64,000 nt of DNA from Candidatus Binatia bacterium (GCA_963422435.1 OY729511.1:3850105-3914104); one strand, 5' to 3'. Shown: positions 27,604-38,586, counted from the stretch's first letter. Notes: generated by a model from the letters alone, not told the origin. Numbers and translations: made by a program.

Positions 27604-28587
27604 ATGCATGCTGTCAAGTTTGGTTTGTTCCTCCCCACTGGCGACTTTGCCGCGGCAAAGCAGGTCGCGCTCCGTGCCGAGAACGACGGCTTTTATTCGG
27701 TGTCGATCAACGATCACTTTTTTTCTCCGTTGGGCACACCGCAGGTGCCGCAGTTGGAGTGCTTCACCACCCTGACGGCTGTTGCCGCCGTGACCAGCCG
27801 CATCCGTCTGACGCCCACGGTCGCCGCCGCCTCGTTTCGTCCGCCTCCGCTCCTGGCCAAGATCACCTCCACGCTGGACCACGTCAGTAATGGGCGGCTG
27901 ACCCTGGGCTTGGGAGCCGGCTGGCAGCAATCGGAATACGAGGCCCACGGGTATGCCTATCCCTCCAACGCGGAACGTCTGGACCAAATGGCCGAGGCCA
28001 TTCAGGTCATCAAAGCCATGTGGACCCAGGCAGAGCCGACGTTTCACGGCCAGTATTACGCAATCGATAGGGCATACAATAATCCGCGCCCGGTGCAACA
28101 GCCCCGTCCGCCGCTCATGCTAGGCGGTTCCGGGAGCGGACTGCTCAAAATCGCCGCGGCCGAAGCCGACATCCTCAATATCATCCCCCCCATTTTTAAC
28201 GGCAAAGACTTTGTGAACGACCCAGTCGCCACTGTCGCCTTCGACATGGCCCAACTCAAACGGCGGATTGGCCTGTTCCGCACCTATGTCGGGGAAGTCG
28301 GCCGTGACCCGCGGAGCATCGAGCTGGGCGGCATGGTCATGCTGTGTCTGTCCGACACGGCCGACGATCCCATGTTCGGTAAAATCGCGTCTCGCCTGGG
28401 CTTTCCCGATGTGGAGACGGCGCGCCGCTCTCCCCTGCTCTGTATGGGCACCCCGGCCGAGGTCAGACTGAATCTCACCATGCGTATTGAAGACCTGGGC
28501 ATCACCTCTTTCGTTCTCATATCGGTATCCGCGGATACGCAGGCGATCTTCGTCAAGAAAGTCATGCCCGAGTTTGTGTCCCCCTAG
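27604..28587 (+). CDS. LLM-class flavin-dependent oxidoreductase (F420-dependent type possible)
   Basis: 327 aa luciferase-like translation (MHAVKFGLFLPTGDFAAAKQVALRAENDGFYSVSINDHFF). Confidence 0.8.
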   Translation: MHAVKFGLFLPTGDFAAAKQVALRAENDGFYSVSINDHFFSPLGTPQVPQLECFTTLTAVAAVTSRIRLTPTVAAASFRPPPLLAKITSTLDHVSNGRLTLGLGAGWQQSEYEAHGYAYPSNAERLDQMAEAIQVIKAMWTQAEPTFHGQYYAIDRAYNNPRPVQQPRPPLMLGGSGSGLLKIAAAEADILNIIPPIFNGKDFVNDPVATVAFDMAQLKRRIGLFRTYVGEVGRDPRSIELGGMVMLCLSDTADDPMFGKIASRLGFPDVETARRSPLLCMGTPAEVRLNLTMRIEDLGITSFVLISVSADTQAIFVKKVMPEFVSP

Positions 28588-28605
28588 CGTGAGGATTATT
28601 CCTAC

Positions 28606-29466
28606 ATGCCCCACATTGGCAGGCTGAATACGCTCCGGGTCATTACGGCAACAGACAGCGGAGTCTCTCTTGACGCGGGAGAACTCGGCGAAATAGGACT
28701 CCCGCAGCCCGATGTTCCCGCTCCGTGTCGGACGGGCGAGCATCTCACCGTTTTTCTCTACACGGATTCCGAGGATCGGCCGATTGCCACCACGCACTCG
28801 CCCCATGCCGTGGTCGGCGACTTTGCCTTGCTTACAGTTGTTGCCGAGACACCGGTCGGCGCTTTTCTCGATTGGGGTTTACCCAAGGATCTGCTGGTTC
28901 CCTTTCGAGAACAGAATACGCCGATGAAAAAGGGACGCGCCTATATTGTCAGGGTCTATCTGGATGAGCGGAGTCAGCGCGTCGTTGCCTCGGCAAAGCT
29001 TGATCGCTTTCTGTCCGATACCGCGCCCACTCTTCACCCCGGTCAGGAGGTTGAGCTTTTCGTCTGTACCCAGACGGTGCTAGGGCGCAAGGTCATTATC
29101 AATCGTGCCCACTGGGGGCTGTTGCATTCCGGCGACATCTTTCAGCCGCTTCACACAGGGCAAGGGCTGACCGGCTTCGTCAAAACCGTGCGGGCGGACG
29201 GGAAAATTGACGTCTGTCTGCACAAGCCGGGATATGCCAAAGTCCGGGAGATCAGCGCGACCATTCTGGACGCTCTGGAACAACATGGCGGACAGATTCC
29301 CGTCACTGACCGGAGTACGCCCGCGTGTATCCGACAGTGGTTCGGGGTGAGCAAGAAGACGTATAAAAAAGCCTTGGGAGCGCTGTATAAGAAGAGATTA
29401 GTAACCCTGACGGATGCCCAGGTCAGCCTGAACCGGAACAGTCGGAAACAGGCCACGGGCATGTAG
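28606..29466 (+). CDS. S1 RNA-binding domain protein, CvfB/YitL family
   Basis: 286 aa with repeated S1-like segments and a C-terminal winged-helix-like tail; resemblance to CvfB. Confidence 0.5.
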   Translation: MPHIGRLNTLRVITATDSGVSLDAGELGEIGLPQPDVPAPCRTGEHLTVFLYTDSEDRPIATTHSPHAVVGDFALLTVVAETPVGAFLDWGLPKDLLVPFREQNTPMKKGRAYIVRVYLDERSQRVVASAKLDRFLSDTAPTLHPGQEVELFVCTQTVLGRKVIINRAHWGLLHSGDIFQPLHTGQGLTGFVKTVRADGKIDVCLHKPGYAKVREISATILDALEQHGGQIPVTDRSTPACIRQWFGVSKKTYKKALGALYKKRLVTLTDAQVSLNRNSRKQATGM

Positions 29467-29489
29467 CCGTGCAGGTTGCTTTTCCCCGC

Positions 29490-30308
29490 CTAGGCGCTCT
29501 GCCGTTCAATCCGCTTATGCAGCTTCTCCAGATAGGGTTGGACATCTGGCGCAAATGCCTCATGCTCGGACAGCCTGGCGAAGTGAGCCAAGGCTCGCGG
29601 ATATTCGGCTTCCGCGCCGGCATGGAATATCAGGGCGAGCCCGTTGTCGGCCAGCAGCTTCTGCCGGGCCTTTTCGTTGGAGAACAGGGCAATTTCCGCC
29701 ACAAAGCAGATATCCGCCAGGGTGACGCTCTCACCAACGAGATAGTCCCGGTTCGGGGCCAGCCCCTGCTCAATGCCGGAAAGATACATCCCAAAGGCGT
29801 CCTTCGCCCTGGCATGAATATCTGCCGTGAGCGAGCCGCCCATTAAGGCCAGGAGATAAATCTGCGTGTCCCGCGCAAAGACTAGGCTCGCGTCCAGAAA
29901 GCTATCGATGCGTGTAGCGGAATACGCATCCGTTCCATACACCGGATAGGTCTCCTGCCCCAGACGCCCCACCGCGCGCATGATACTGTTCGACTCAAAA
30001 ATCCCGGTCTTGCCGTCCGGACTGAACGCGGCCGGAACCGTCCCAAACGGGTGCGCTTCGAGAAAGGCGTCCGTCTTGAACAACCGGCCGCTAAAACCGG
30101 CCCGGGCCTGCCGTTCCGTCTCCTGGGGAGCCGTCTTTTCTTCCTCGGTCAGCGGGCGGGCCTCAAAATCCCACAGCCAGTGCTGCAAGTCGGGCGGCGC
30201 ACTGCCCCGGATATCAAGGCGGATATCGCACAGGCGGGCCGCAATGGTGGCCTTCCAGATGCGCGGGTTGGGCAGATAGGAAAAAATGCGGAGGTCAAAG
30301 TCTGGCAT
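29490..30308 (-). CDS. Glutathione S-transferase-like protein
   Basis: 272 aa; GST N- and C-terminal domain-like pattern (SNSIMRAV..., VTLADICFVAEIALF). Confidence 0.55.
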   Translation of the reverse strand: MPDFDLRIFSYLPNPRIWKATIAARLCDIRLDIRGSAPPDLQHWLWDFEARPLTEEEKTAPQETERQARAGFSGRLFKTDAFLEAHPFGTVPAAFSPDGKTGIFESNSIMRAVGRLGQETYPVYGTDAYSATRIDSFLDASLVFARDTQIYLLALMGGSLTADIHARAKDAFGMYLSGIEQGLAPNRDYLVGESVTLADICFVAEIALFSNEKARQKLLADNGLALIFHAGAEAEYPRALAHFARLSEHEAFAPDVQPYLEKLHKRIERQSA

Positions 30309-30377
30309 GGTGACTATCCTTTCCGAACGGAATATATCTCAGGCCAGAGAGCATAACAGAAGAGCGGGGCTGAGAAC

Positions 30378-30797
30378 ATGACGACACCCACCCACAGCCA
30401 ACAACCGAGGTATGGCGATGGCGATGCTTCCTTTCAGGCGGCCGGCGGTAGGACGGGGATTCGGCGGTTAGTCGATAATTTTTACGATTTGATGGAACAG
30501 TTGCCCGAGACCCAGGAAATTCGAGCCCTGCACCCCGCCGACCTCACCCAGTCCCGGGACAAACTGGCCCGGTTTTTATGCGGCTGGTTGGGCGGACCGC
30601 AGCTGTATCGCGAGAAATACGGCTCGATCAGGATTCCGAGCGCGCATGCCCATCTGAACATCGGGACGAAACAGCGCGACGCCTGGCTGTTGTGTATGCA
30701 CAAGGCGCTGGAGCAACAGCCGTACGCAGAAAGCTTCAAGGCGTATCTGATCGAACAGTTGGCTATTCCCGCGGAACGGTGTCGGACGCGGGATTAG
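30378..30797 (+). CDS. Group II truncated hemoglobin
   Basis: 139 aa; 2/2 Hb fold pattern (RLVDNFYDLM...H...LARFLCGWLGGPQLYREKYG...H). Confidence 0.7.
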   Translation: MTTPTHSQQPRYGDGDASFQAAGGRTGIRRLVDNFYDLMEQLPETQEIRALHPADLTQSRDKLARFLCGWLGGPQLYREKYGSIRIPSAHAHLNIGTKQRDAWLLCMHKALEQQPYAESFKAYLIEQLAIPAERCRTRD

Positions 30798-31108
30798 GCC
30801 ATAGAGCCCTCGGCCCAGGGTTGGCCGAGTCGCTCGGCGACCGCGCGGGGAGAATACGGAGACGAATAGAAACCGACCTTGTAGCTCGACCCGGTAGCAA
30901 CATCATTCCGCTGGAGTTCGACCAGCACCATGTCGGCGGACGACACCTCTTGCGCCGGAAGGCCGGGAGCAGGCGCGTGGTCGGTGTAAAATCGATGGAC
31001 GCCAATATCCAAAGGCCACTGGATACTCTCGAAAGGCCGCTCATAGGCCGGCTTGCCGCCGACGGCAATCAGCCGATTTTCCTGTCGGATAAACCACACT
31101 TTTGCCAT
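30794..31108 (-). CDS. Hypothetical protein (104 aa)
   Basis: ORF from MAKVWFIRQENRLIAVGG...; no family recognised. Confidence 0.4.
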   Translation of the reverse strand: MAKVWFIRQENRLIAVGGKPAYERPFESIQWPLDIGVHRFYTDHAPAPGLPAQEVSSADMVLVELQRNDVATGSSYKVGFYSSPYSPRAVAERLGQPWAEGSMA

Positions 31109-31112
31109 AGAC

Positions 31113-32321
31113 TCAGCTCTCCTTTGTGAGAATGGGGATGACTTCCGTTTGGACCGGATCACCGGTCACAATCGCTTCACTCTCGGTGACATAGACGTCA
31201 ACCTCACTGCGCACCCCAAAGTCTCCGGCCAGATAAATCCCAGGCTCGACGGAAAAACAGGTATGGGGCAGCACCCGGCGCGTATCACGGGTCTCGACGC
31301 CATCCATATTTGCGCCGTTGCCATGGACTTCCGTGCCAATGGAGTGGCCGGTTCGATGAAAAAACTGGTCGCCATAGCCGGCGGTGGTAATGACGGTTCG
31401 GGACGCGGCATCGACTTCGTGACCAAAGAATGCCTGTCCGCTGACCACGCGCGTTTTCACAAAGGCCAGCGCGGCATCTCGCGCCTCACGAACGAGTTGA
31501 AATATCTTCTGATACCGCTCGGGGACGACCCGGCCCATAAAGCCGGTCCAGGTGATATCGGCATACACCCCGTCCGGTTCTTTGGCCCACAGGTCAATCA
31601 AGACAAAGTCGTCGGGCCGAATCAGCGCCGTCTGTTCAGCCGTTGGCGTGTAGTGCGGGTCCGCGCTATGGGCGTTGGCCGCCACCACGGGCGGATAGGA
31701 GGTCGTCAGTCCGTGCCGGGCAAAGCGGTCCATGATGAACTGCTGCACCTGATACTCAGACGCCGGCGCGTTGTCGCTCAAATAGCCAAAGGCGGCCTCA
31801 ACCGTCTGGCGGACCACGGTGGCGGCGCGGCGATGACTGTGCCATTGCTCTTGGGTCCAGACCGCCTCAAAACGCTGCACCAGGTCCGCAGACGAGACCA
31901 CCTCAACCCCAAGCTGACGGATGGTTTCAATGGTGCCGGCGTCAACCCGTGAGATATACGGGATGGCATTCCCCGGCGAATACTGCATGGCAACGCGCCG
32001 CCGATTACGCAACAGTTCGGCCAGGCGTTGGGCGTGCTGCTGCCAGGTGAAAAACGGCAGCTTTGGTCCGGGCAGGCTAGCCAGACGATACGGCTCAATG
32101 GTGGAAACGAGTCCGACCGGCACGCCCTCAGCCGGAATGAAATAATACCAGCGCCGCGTCGACAACTCGGTTTCATCGAGCCCGAGAATCCGGTAGGCGA
32201 GCGGGTCGCTGCCCCGAAAATCATAAAACAGCCACCCGTCGAGCGTCTCCTCTTGCAATGCGCGCTGAATCTCGCGCAAGCGGTCTGCGTCCATACCCTC
32301 CTCGTTTGAGTTGCGGCCCAT
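31113..32321 (-). CDS. M24-family metallopeptidase (Xaa-Pro aminopeptidase/creatinase-like)
   Basis: Pita-bread C-terminal domain with metal ligands (D..D..H..E..E pattern: FFHRTGHSIGTEVHGNG...CFSVEPGIY). N-terminal creatinase-like domain. Confidence 0.8.
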   Translation of the reverse strand: MGRNSNEEGMDADRLREIQRALQEETLDGWLFYDFRGSDPLAYRILGLDETELSTRRWYYFIPAEGVPVGLVSTIEPYRLASLPGPKLPFFTWQQHAQRLAELLRNRRRVAMQYSPGNAIPYISRVDAGTIETIRQLGVEVVSSADLVQRFEAVWTQEQWHSHRRAATVVRQTVEAAFGYLSDNAPASEYQVQQFIMDRFARHGLTTSYPPVVAANAHSADPHYTPTAEQTALIRPDDFVLIDLWAKEPDGVYADITWTGFMGRVVPERYQKIFQLVREARDAALAFVKTRVVSGQAFFGHEVDAASRTVITTAGYGDQFFHRTGHSIGTEVHGNGANMDGVETRDTRRVLPHTCFSVEPGIYLAGDFGVRSEVDVYVTESEAIVTGDPVQTEVIPILTKES

Positions 32322-32358
32322 CTGACGAGATGGTAATACTAACCGCTGGAGGTTGAGA

Positions 32359-32634
32359 ATGAAAGCAGGAATCCATCCAGAAACGTATCGAGAGGTCGTC
32401 TTTCAGGACACCTCGGCGGACTTCGCCTTTCTCACGCGGGCATGCATCGAGACGAACGACACGATTGAGTGGGAGGACGGCAAGACCTATCCGTTATATA
32501 AACTCGATATTTCGAGCGCGTCCCATCCGTTCTACACCGGGAAACAGCGCATTGTTGATACGGCCGGACGAGTTGAACGCTTCCGCCGGAAGTATGGGTT
32601 GCCAGACCCGGAGAAGAAAAAAGAAGACGCATAG
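32359..32634 (+). CDS. rpmE: 50S ribosomal protein L31, type B (no CxxC zinc ribbon)
   Basis: [24 protein letters not shown]...[26 protein letters not shown]. Confidence 0.9.
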   Translation: MKAGIHPETYREVVFQDTSADFAFLTRACIETNDTIEWEDGKTYPLYKLDISSASHPFYTGKQRIVDTAGRVERFRRKYGLPDPEKKKEDA

Positions 32635-32670
32635 CCTGCGTCGGACGGACGCGGAGCAAGACCAAGCGGA

Positions 32671-32700
32671 GGGGCGGTTTTCTACCGCCCCTTATTATAT
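32671..32700 (+). terminator. Rho-independent terminator after rpmE
   Basis: GGGGCGG-ttttcta-CCGCCCC followed by TTATTATAT. Confidence 0.7.
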
Positions 32701-32731
32701 GTATCTCCGGCTCTGGCCCTTGGTTGCGATT

Positions 32732-33817
32732 ATGAGTGAAGCCGTTGCGTTGCGCGAAAAACTCTCCGAAGTTGAGAAGCATTACGAAGAAGTAGAACGC
32801 ACGCTGGGCCGTCCCGAGGTCGCCAGTAACGCCAAAGAATATGCGAAACTGGCCAAGGAGCATGCCGCTCTGGAAGAGGTCGTGACGTGTTTTCGAGAAT
32901 GGCGCAAAGTCCATACAGACCTCGAAGGCAGCAAAGGCCTGCTTGAGGATAACGACCCGGAGGTGCGCGACTTGGCGCAAGAAGAGATCGAAGGTCTGAG
33001 CCAACGGGCCACCCAGCTTGAAGACCGACTCCATCTTTTGCTGCTCCCCAAGGACCCGCTCGACGAGAAAAACGTGATCCTTGAAATCCGGGCCGGCACC
33101 GGAGGTGAGGAGGCGAGCTTGTTTGCCGCCGACCTGTTTCGGATGTATTCGCATTATGCCGAACAGCGGAGCTGGCGCATGGAGGTGCTGAGTTCGAGTC
33201 CCACCGGTTTGGGTGGATTTAAGGAAATCATCAGCATGGTGACCGGCAAGAATGCCTACAGCCGTCTTAAATTCGAGGGTGGAGTACATCGCGTCCAACG
33301 GGTCCCCGAGACGGAAGCGTCGGGGCGGATTCATACCTCGGCCGTCACAGTCGCGGTCCTGCCCGAAGCGGACGAGGTCGATATCGCCATTGACGAAAAA
33401 GAACTCCGGATTGATGTTTTTCGGTCCTCCGGCCCGGGCGGACAGAGTGTGAATACGACGGATTCGGCTGTCCGCATTACGCATCTGCCGACAAACTTGG
33501 TTGTCTCCTGCCAGGATGAGAAGTCGCAGCACAAAAACAAGGCCAAGGCCCTCAAAATTCTGCGCTCCCGCCTGCTCGAACGGGCGCAAGAAGAGCAACA
33601 TGCTGAAATCACGGCGTCCCGACGAAGCATGGTCGGCTCGGGAGATCGCTCCGAGCGGATACGAACCTATAATTTCCCCCAATCGCGGATGACGGACCAC
33701 CGGATCAATATGACGCTCCATACGCTTGAGCGTGTTCTCGATGGCGAGATCGACCCCGTCGTCGATGCTCTCGTCACTTCGCATCAAGCCGCAATGCTCC
33801 AAGCCGAAACCGGCTGA
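32732..33817 (+). CDS. prfA: Peptide chain release factor 1
   Basis: 361 aa. Contains GGQ motif ([23 protein letters not shown]) and PxT-type RF1 anticodon-mimic region. Confidence 0.95.
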   Translation: MSEAVALREKLSEVEKHYEEVERTLGRPEVASNAKEYAKLAKEHAALEEVVTCFREWRKVHTDLEGSKGLLEDNDPEVRDLAQEEIEGLSQRATQLEDRLHLLLLPKDPLDEKNVILEIRAGTGGEEASLFAADLFRMYSHYAEQRSWRMEVLSSSPTGLGGFKEIISMVTGKNAYSRLKFEGGVHRVQRVPETEASGRIHTSAVTVAVLPEADEVDIAIDEKELRIDVFRSSGPGGQSVNTTDSAVRITHLPTNLVVSCQDEKSQHKNKAKALKILRSRLLERAQEEQHAEITASRRSMVGSGDRSERIRTYNFPQSRMTDHRINMTLHTLERVLDGEIDPVVDALVTSHQAAMLQAETG

Positions 33818-33843
33818 ATCGGGCTTGGTGGGTTTACTCTCCG

Positions 33844-34797
33844 GTGAAGAACGCTCAGACTCACCCGACCCCACTCGTCCTCCCCCCGCGTCTCCAGCCG
33901 GATTCTTTATCCCGTGTTGAGACGGTTGCCCAGCTTGTGGCCTGGGCCGAAAATAGACTCAGGGCGTACGATATTGATACGCCTCGCCTGGACGCGGAAG
34001 TCCTGTTGGCGCAGACGCTCCAGGTCAACCGGTCTTGCCTGTACAGGCGACTTCAGGATGCGGTCTCCGCTGCCCAGAAAAATGCCTTCCAGCGGTGCGT
34101 GGCCCGCCGTACCCAGCGTGAGCCGCTGGCCTATATCACCGGCCACCAGGAATTCTGGTCGCTGGATTTTCAGGTCAACCCCTGCGTGCTTATTCCACGT
34201 CCCGATACGGAGATCGTCGTTGAAACGGCTCTCCGCCTGCTGGCCTCGTCCCGGATAGTCGCTCCACGCATCCTCGATATTGGGACGGGCAGCGGCTGCA
34301 TTGCCGTCGCCCTTGCGACCGAATTGCCGCACGCGCGGATATGGGCGGTCGATAGGACACCAGCAATTCTGTCCATTGCCCAAAAGAATGCCCACGCGCA
34401 TCAGGTCGGCCGACGCATCACATTTGCCTGCGGAGACCTGCTCGCTCCCGTGCCGCTTGGCGCACCGTTCTTTGACCTGATCGTGACCAATCCCCCGTAT
34501 ATCGACTCGCCAGTGCTCGACACGCTTCAGCCCGAGGTCCGCGCGTGGGAGCCTCGGAGCGCCCTGGATGGCGGAGTGGACGGTCTCGATTTTTACGGCC
34601 GCCTGTTGTACGACAGTCCAGACTACCTGCGGCCCGGCGGCTGGCTCGTCATGGAAATTGGGGAGACACAAAAAGACCTCGTAGTGCAGCTTGGACAAAA
34701 GCAGCGCCGCCTGCGTTTTCGCACGTGCAGGCAGGACTACGCCGGCCGGGACCGGGGTATCGTCTTCCAGAGGAGCGCTGGTAGTCGCTGGTGGTGA
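33844..34797 (+). CDS. prmC: Release-factor glutamine N5-methyltransferase PrmC/HemK
   Basis: ILDIGTGSGCIAVALA (motif I); IVTNPPYI (NPPY). Immediately downstream of prfA. Start codon uncertain. Confidence 0.85.
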   Translation: MKNAQTHPTPLVLPPRLQPDSLSRVETVAQLVAWAENRLRAYDIDTPRLDAEVLLAQTLQVNRSCLYRRLQDAVSAAQKNAFQRCVARRTQREPLAYITGHQEFWSLDFQVNPCVLIPRPDTEIVVETALRLLASSRIVAPRILDIGTGSGCIAVALATELPHARIWAVDRTPAILSIAQKNAHAHQVGRRITFACGDLLAPVPLGAPFFDLIVTNPPYIDSPVLDTLQPEVRAWEPRSALDGGVDGLDFYGRLLYDSPDYLRPGGWLVMEIGETQKDLVVQLGQKQRRLRFRTCRQDYAGRDRGIVFQRSAGSRWW

Positions 34798-34852
34798 GGG
34801 AGTGGGGCGGACTTTCATGCATTTCTTACAGACCTTCTTCGGATCTCTATAA

Positions 34853-36121
34853 ATGGACACGATTCTCATTCAAGGCGGAATTCCGCTGCACGGGGAAGTG
34901 GCGGTCAGCGGAGCGAAAAACGCGGCCCTACCGCTGCTCTTCGCCTCTCTGCTGACCCAGGAGGAATGCACCCTGCGTGGCGTGCCGCGTCTGGTCGATA
35001 TCCAGACCGCCTTGGGCTTGCTGACCGAACTCGGGGTACGGGCCGACTGGCTGAGTCCAAATGAAACGGTGCTCAGCGCCGAGCGGGTCGGTCAATTTGA
35101 GGCACCGTATGACCTGGTCAAAACCATGCGCGCGTCGTTTTTGGTGCTTGGGCCGCTGTTGGCGCGCTTTGGCAGCGCGCGCGTCTCAACCCCGGGCGGC
35201 TGTGCCATTGGTACCCGGCCGGTCAATATTCACCTGGCGGGCTTACAGCAGCTCGGCGCATCCATACGGATTCGGCAAGGCTATGTCGAAGCGCGGGCCA
35301 GCCAGTTGACGGGAGCGCGGATCGCGCTCGATTTTCCCTCTGTCGGGGCGACAGAGAATCTCATGATGGCGGCCACCTTAGCCACGGGAACGACCGTCCT
35401 GGACAATGCCGCGCGTGAACCCGAAATTGCAGACTTGGCGGCCATGCTTACGGCAATGGGCGCTCGTATTCATGGGGCCGGGAGCCGGACAATTGTGATT
35501 GAGGGCGTTGAGGCCCTGCACGGCGTCAGCCACCCCGTTATTCCCGACCGCGTCGAGGCCGGGACTTTTCTGATTGCCGGAGCAATCACCTCGGGCAATG
35601 TTCTGGTTCGCGGTGCCCGCGCTGACCATCTCGCAAGCTTTTTGGACATCCTCCAACGCGCGGGAGTCGCCATTCGCCACGAACCGGAAGGGATTCGGGT
35701 CCAGGGCAATGGGCGGCTGACCGGGGTCCAACTCGACACCCGGCCCTACCCCGGTTTTCCAACTGACCTGCAAGCACAGATGATGGCACTCCTGACCCTC
35801 GGTGAGCAGCAGAGCAGCATCACCGAAACAATCTTCGAGAATCGCTTCATGCACGCCCAAGAACTCGTCCGTTTAGGCGCGGACGTGCATGTCCAGGGCC
35901 ATACCGCGACTATTCAGGGCGTCGCGTTTTTAAGCGGCGCGCCCGTCATGGCGACGGACTTGCGGGCCAGCGTGTCGCTGATCCTGGCCGGCCTGGCAGC
36001 CCGCGGTGAGACGGCGGTCTCCCGGATTTACCATCTTGATCGCGGCTATGAACACATCGAGGCCAAGCTGGGACAGCTTGGGGCGAAAATTCAGCGTCAA
36101 ACAAGCCGGCCTGTCCAATGA
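34853..36121 (+). CDS. murA: UDP-N-acetylglucosamine 1-carboxyvinyltransferase
   Basis: 422 aa; [29 protein letters not shown]... with active-site Cys region ([11 protein letters not shown]). Confidence 0.95.
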   Translation: MDTILIQGGIPLHGEVAVSGAKNAALPLLFASLLTQEECTLRGVPRLVDIQTALGLLTELGVRADWLSPNETVLSAERVGQFEAPYDLVKTMRASFLVLGPLLARFGSARVSTPGGCAIGTRPVNIHLAGLQQLGASIRIRQGYVEARASQLTGARIALDFPSVGATENLMMAATLATGTTVLDNAAREPEIADLAAMLTAMGARIHGAGSRTIVIEGVEALHGVSHPVIPDRVEAGTFLIAGAITSGNVLVRGARADHLASFLDILQRAGVAIRHEPEGIRVQGNGRLTGVQLDTRPYPGFPTDLQAQMMALLTLGEQQSSITETIFENRFMHAQELVRLGADVHVQGHTATIQGVAFLSGAPVMATDLRASVSLILAGLAARGETAVSRIYHLDRGYEHIEAKLGQLGAKIQRQTSRPVQ

Positions 36122-37458
36122 CACGCTCTGCAACGAAAGCTCTGATTCCGCTGCTCTCCACAACAGACGCGGCCTGCCAGCGTCACCTGGACAAGCTGCT
36201 GTCGCGCGGCGAGAGCGCCAGTACTCAGGTTGAAGTCGCGGTCCGCTCCATTCTGCGCGATGTTCATAGGCGCGGCGACCGAGCGCTTGCGGCCCTCACC
36301 AAAAAATTCGATCAGGTGGCACTCTCATCTCATGAACTGGGTGTAGCCCAGGACGAGATGGAGCACGCCCTCAAGAGCCTGTCAGCACCGATCAGAAAGG
36401 CGCTACGGGCCGCGGCGCAACGTATCCGTCGCTTTCACCGCAAACAGCGTCAGTCATCATGGACCTACCGCGACGAGCTCGGGGTCACCCTAGGCCAAAA
36501 AATAGCGCCGCTTGAACGGGTCGGGGTGTATGTTCCCGGCGGCACAGCGGCCTATCCGTCTTCGGTGCTCATGAATGTGATTCCGGCCAAAGTTGCCGGA
36601 GTCAAAGAGGTTATCGTGGTCTCGCCGCCGTCTCCCGAAGGAGATAATCCCGCCCTGCTGGCCGCGGCTCGTATTGCGGGAGCGGACGCCTTTTTTCGGG
36701 TCGGCGGGGCCCAGGCGGTGGCCGCCCTAGCCTACGGTACCCAAACGATTCCGCGCGTCGATAAAATCGTCGGGCCGGGCAATATCTATGTCGCCACAGC
36801 CAAACGCCTTGTCTTTGGTCGGGTTGATATCGATATGATTGCCGGGCCGAGCGAGATTCTTGTGATCGCCGACCAGACGGCCAGACCCGACTATATTGCG
36901 GCCGACATGCTCTCCCAGGCGGAACATGACACCCTGGCCGCCCCGTTATGTCTGACGACATCCCGACGCCTGGGCCAGGCGGTCGTCCACGAACTCACCG
37001 AACAGCTCGCCCGACTTCCCCGACGTGCCATCGCGTCTGCCTCCTTACGTCGCTTCGGTGCGGTGATTATCGCCCGGCATCGTCAGGAAGTCGTGGCACT
37101 GGCCAATGCGATTGCCCCCGAGCATCTGGAACTGGCTGTTAAAGACCCGCACACCTGGATCAAAGATATTCGTCACACCGGAGCGATATTTCTGGGCCAT
37201 CTTTCAACCGAACCGTTTGGCGATTATATAGCCGGGCCCAATCACGTCCTGCCAACAGGCGGGACGGCTCGATTTTCCTCGCCCCTGGGTGTCTACGATT
37301 TCTTGAAACGCACCAGTGTCATACGGGCGTCGTCGCAGGCCCTGTCTGCCTTGGGCCCCGAAGTGGTACGGCTGGCCGAGCTTGAGGGACTTGAGGCCCA
37401 CGCACGGGCCGTGCAATATCGTTTAGACGGAGGCAGGCATGGCCGCACGCACAGCTGA
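36118..37458 (+). CDS. hisD: Histidinol dehydrogenase
   Basis: 446 aa with HisD signature regions (IDMIAGPSEILVIAD, AEHDTLAA). 4-nt ATGA overlap with murA. Confidence 0.9.
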   Translation: MTRSATKALIPLLSTTDAACQRHLDKLLSRGESASTQVEVAVRSILRDVHRRGDRALAALTKKFDQVALSSHELGVAQDEMEHALKSLSAPIRKALRAAAQRIRRFHRKQRQSSWTYRDELGVTLGQKIAPLERVGVYVPGGTAAYPSSVLMNVIPAKVAGVKEVIVVSPPSPEGDNPALLAAARIAGADAFFRVGGAQAVAALAYGTQTIPRVDKIVGPGNIYVATAKRLVFGRVDIDMIAGPSEILVIADQTARPDYIAADMLSQAEHDTLAAPLCLTTSRRLGQAVVHELTEQLARLPRRAIASASLRRFGAVIIARHRQEVVALANAIAPEHLELAVKDPHTWIKDIRHTGAIFLGHLSTEPFGDYIAGPNHVLPTGGTARFSSPLGVYDFLKRTSVIRASSQALSALGPEVVRLAELEGLEAHARAVQYRLDGGRHGRTHS

Positions 37459-38029
37459 TATACATCGGCAGACCACTGAAACCGATATCCACCTGAGCAT
37501 CCAGGTCGAAGGCGAGGGGCAGTACGAGGTCTCGACCGGCGTCCCTTTTCTCGACCATATGCTGGCACTGTTTGCCCGGCACGGCTTCTTTAATCTCAGC
37601 GTGCAGGCGAGCGGTGATATTGCCATCGACGATCATCATACGGTTGAAGATGTCGGTCTGGCGCTCGGCCAGGCATTACGCGAAGCCCTGGGCGACAAAC
37701 ACGGCATCCGCCGCTTCGGAGAGGCCAGCGTGCCGCTGGATGAGGCCCTGGTCGAGTGTGTGGTTGACCTGAGCGGGCGGCCGTTTCTGGCCTATAATCT
37801 GGAGATTCGACAGGAACGAGTGGGAAGTTTTTCGACGGAACTTGTCCACGACTTCTTTTTGGCCCTGACAAATCAGGTCGGCATGAACCTGCACCTGAAT
37901 ATGACCCAGGGCCGCAACCCCCATCACATTATCGAAGCGGGCTTCAAAGCCTTTGCCCGGGCGCTCGACAGCGCGGTGGAATACGACCCACGGGTTCAGG
38001 GTGTCTTATCCACAAAAGGTTCCCTGTAA
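37439..38029 (+). CDS. hisB: Imidazoleglycerol-phosphate dehydratase
   Basis: RQTTETDIHLSI...LDHMLALFARHGFF...IDDHHTVEDVGLALG motifs. Confidence 0.95.
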   Translation: MAARTADIHRQTTETDIHLSIQVEGEGQYEVSTGVPFLDHMLALFARHGFFNLSVQASGDIAIDDHHTVEDVGLALGQALREALGDKHGIRRFGEASVPLDEALVECVVDLSGRPFLAYNLEIRQERVGSFSTELVHDFFLALTNQVGMNLHLNMTQGRNPHHIIEAGFKAFARALDSAVEYDPRVQGVLSTKGSL

Positions 38030-38105
38030 ATTTGACTGGCTGGAGAAGGGCGAAGTGGCGCGCAGTGTGATTCTGTATTGAAAGAGTATCTCACAGAGAG
38101 GCGGC

Positions 38106-38389
38106 ATGGAAGACGCTCACTCAATTCGTGCGCAGATCAGGTACGAAACCGACCGCACAGGCCCCCCGGAGGGCTTCCCGCAATTCCCCGACCTGCCGGG
38201 CAGGCGGTACACCGATCCCCGGTTTATGAGCTGGAAAAGCGGCAGCTGTGGCGCAAAGCGTGGCTGTTTGCCGGGCATCTGGATGAGATTCCAGAGCCAG
38301 GGTGTTTTAAGCTGTGGGAAACAGCCGGACAGCCGGTTGTCATTCTCCAGTCGGGGTCGTTGCCGATGTCGAGCCACAGCTGGGACTAG
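38106..38389 (+). pseudogene. Rieske non-heme-iron ring-hydroxylating oxygenase alpha-subunit N-terminal fragment, frameshifted and truncated before the Rieske CxH motif
   Basis: Frame of 38106 gives ...LPGRRYTDP. Frame of 38078 gives VYELEKRQLWRKAWLFAGHLDEIPEPGCFKLWETAGQPVVILQSG, then a stop. A 1-nt insertion near gatccccggttt links the two frames. Confidence 0.5.
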
Positions 38390-38586
38390 GCGTTGTGAAT
38401 CGGCAGGCCGTAGATGACGGGTCCTCCCTCGGTATGCATATGCACCTGGAGGATGCCGTTGCGGCGCTCCATGTTGAAGTAGGTGGCGTATTTCTCACGA
38501 TAGTCCTTGAACCGCGGCCGGCTCACAAACCCCAGGCGTTGTTCCCGCGCACGCGCGTTCGGCCGTTCGTCAGTCTTCGTACTCAT
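38386..38586 (-). CDS. Small ORF (66 aa), possibly the 5' fragment of a truncated gene
   Basis: Strong SD AAGGAGGA 7 nt upstream of the ATG. Ends convergently, with a 4-bp overlap, at the stop of the Rieske fragment. Confidence 0.35.
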   Translation of the reverse strand: MSTKTDERPNARAREQRLGFVSRPRFKDYREKYATYFNMERRNGILQVHMHTEGGPVIYGLPIHNA

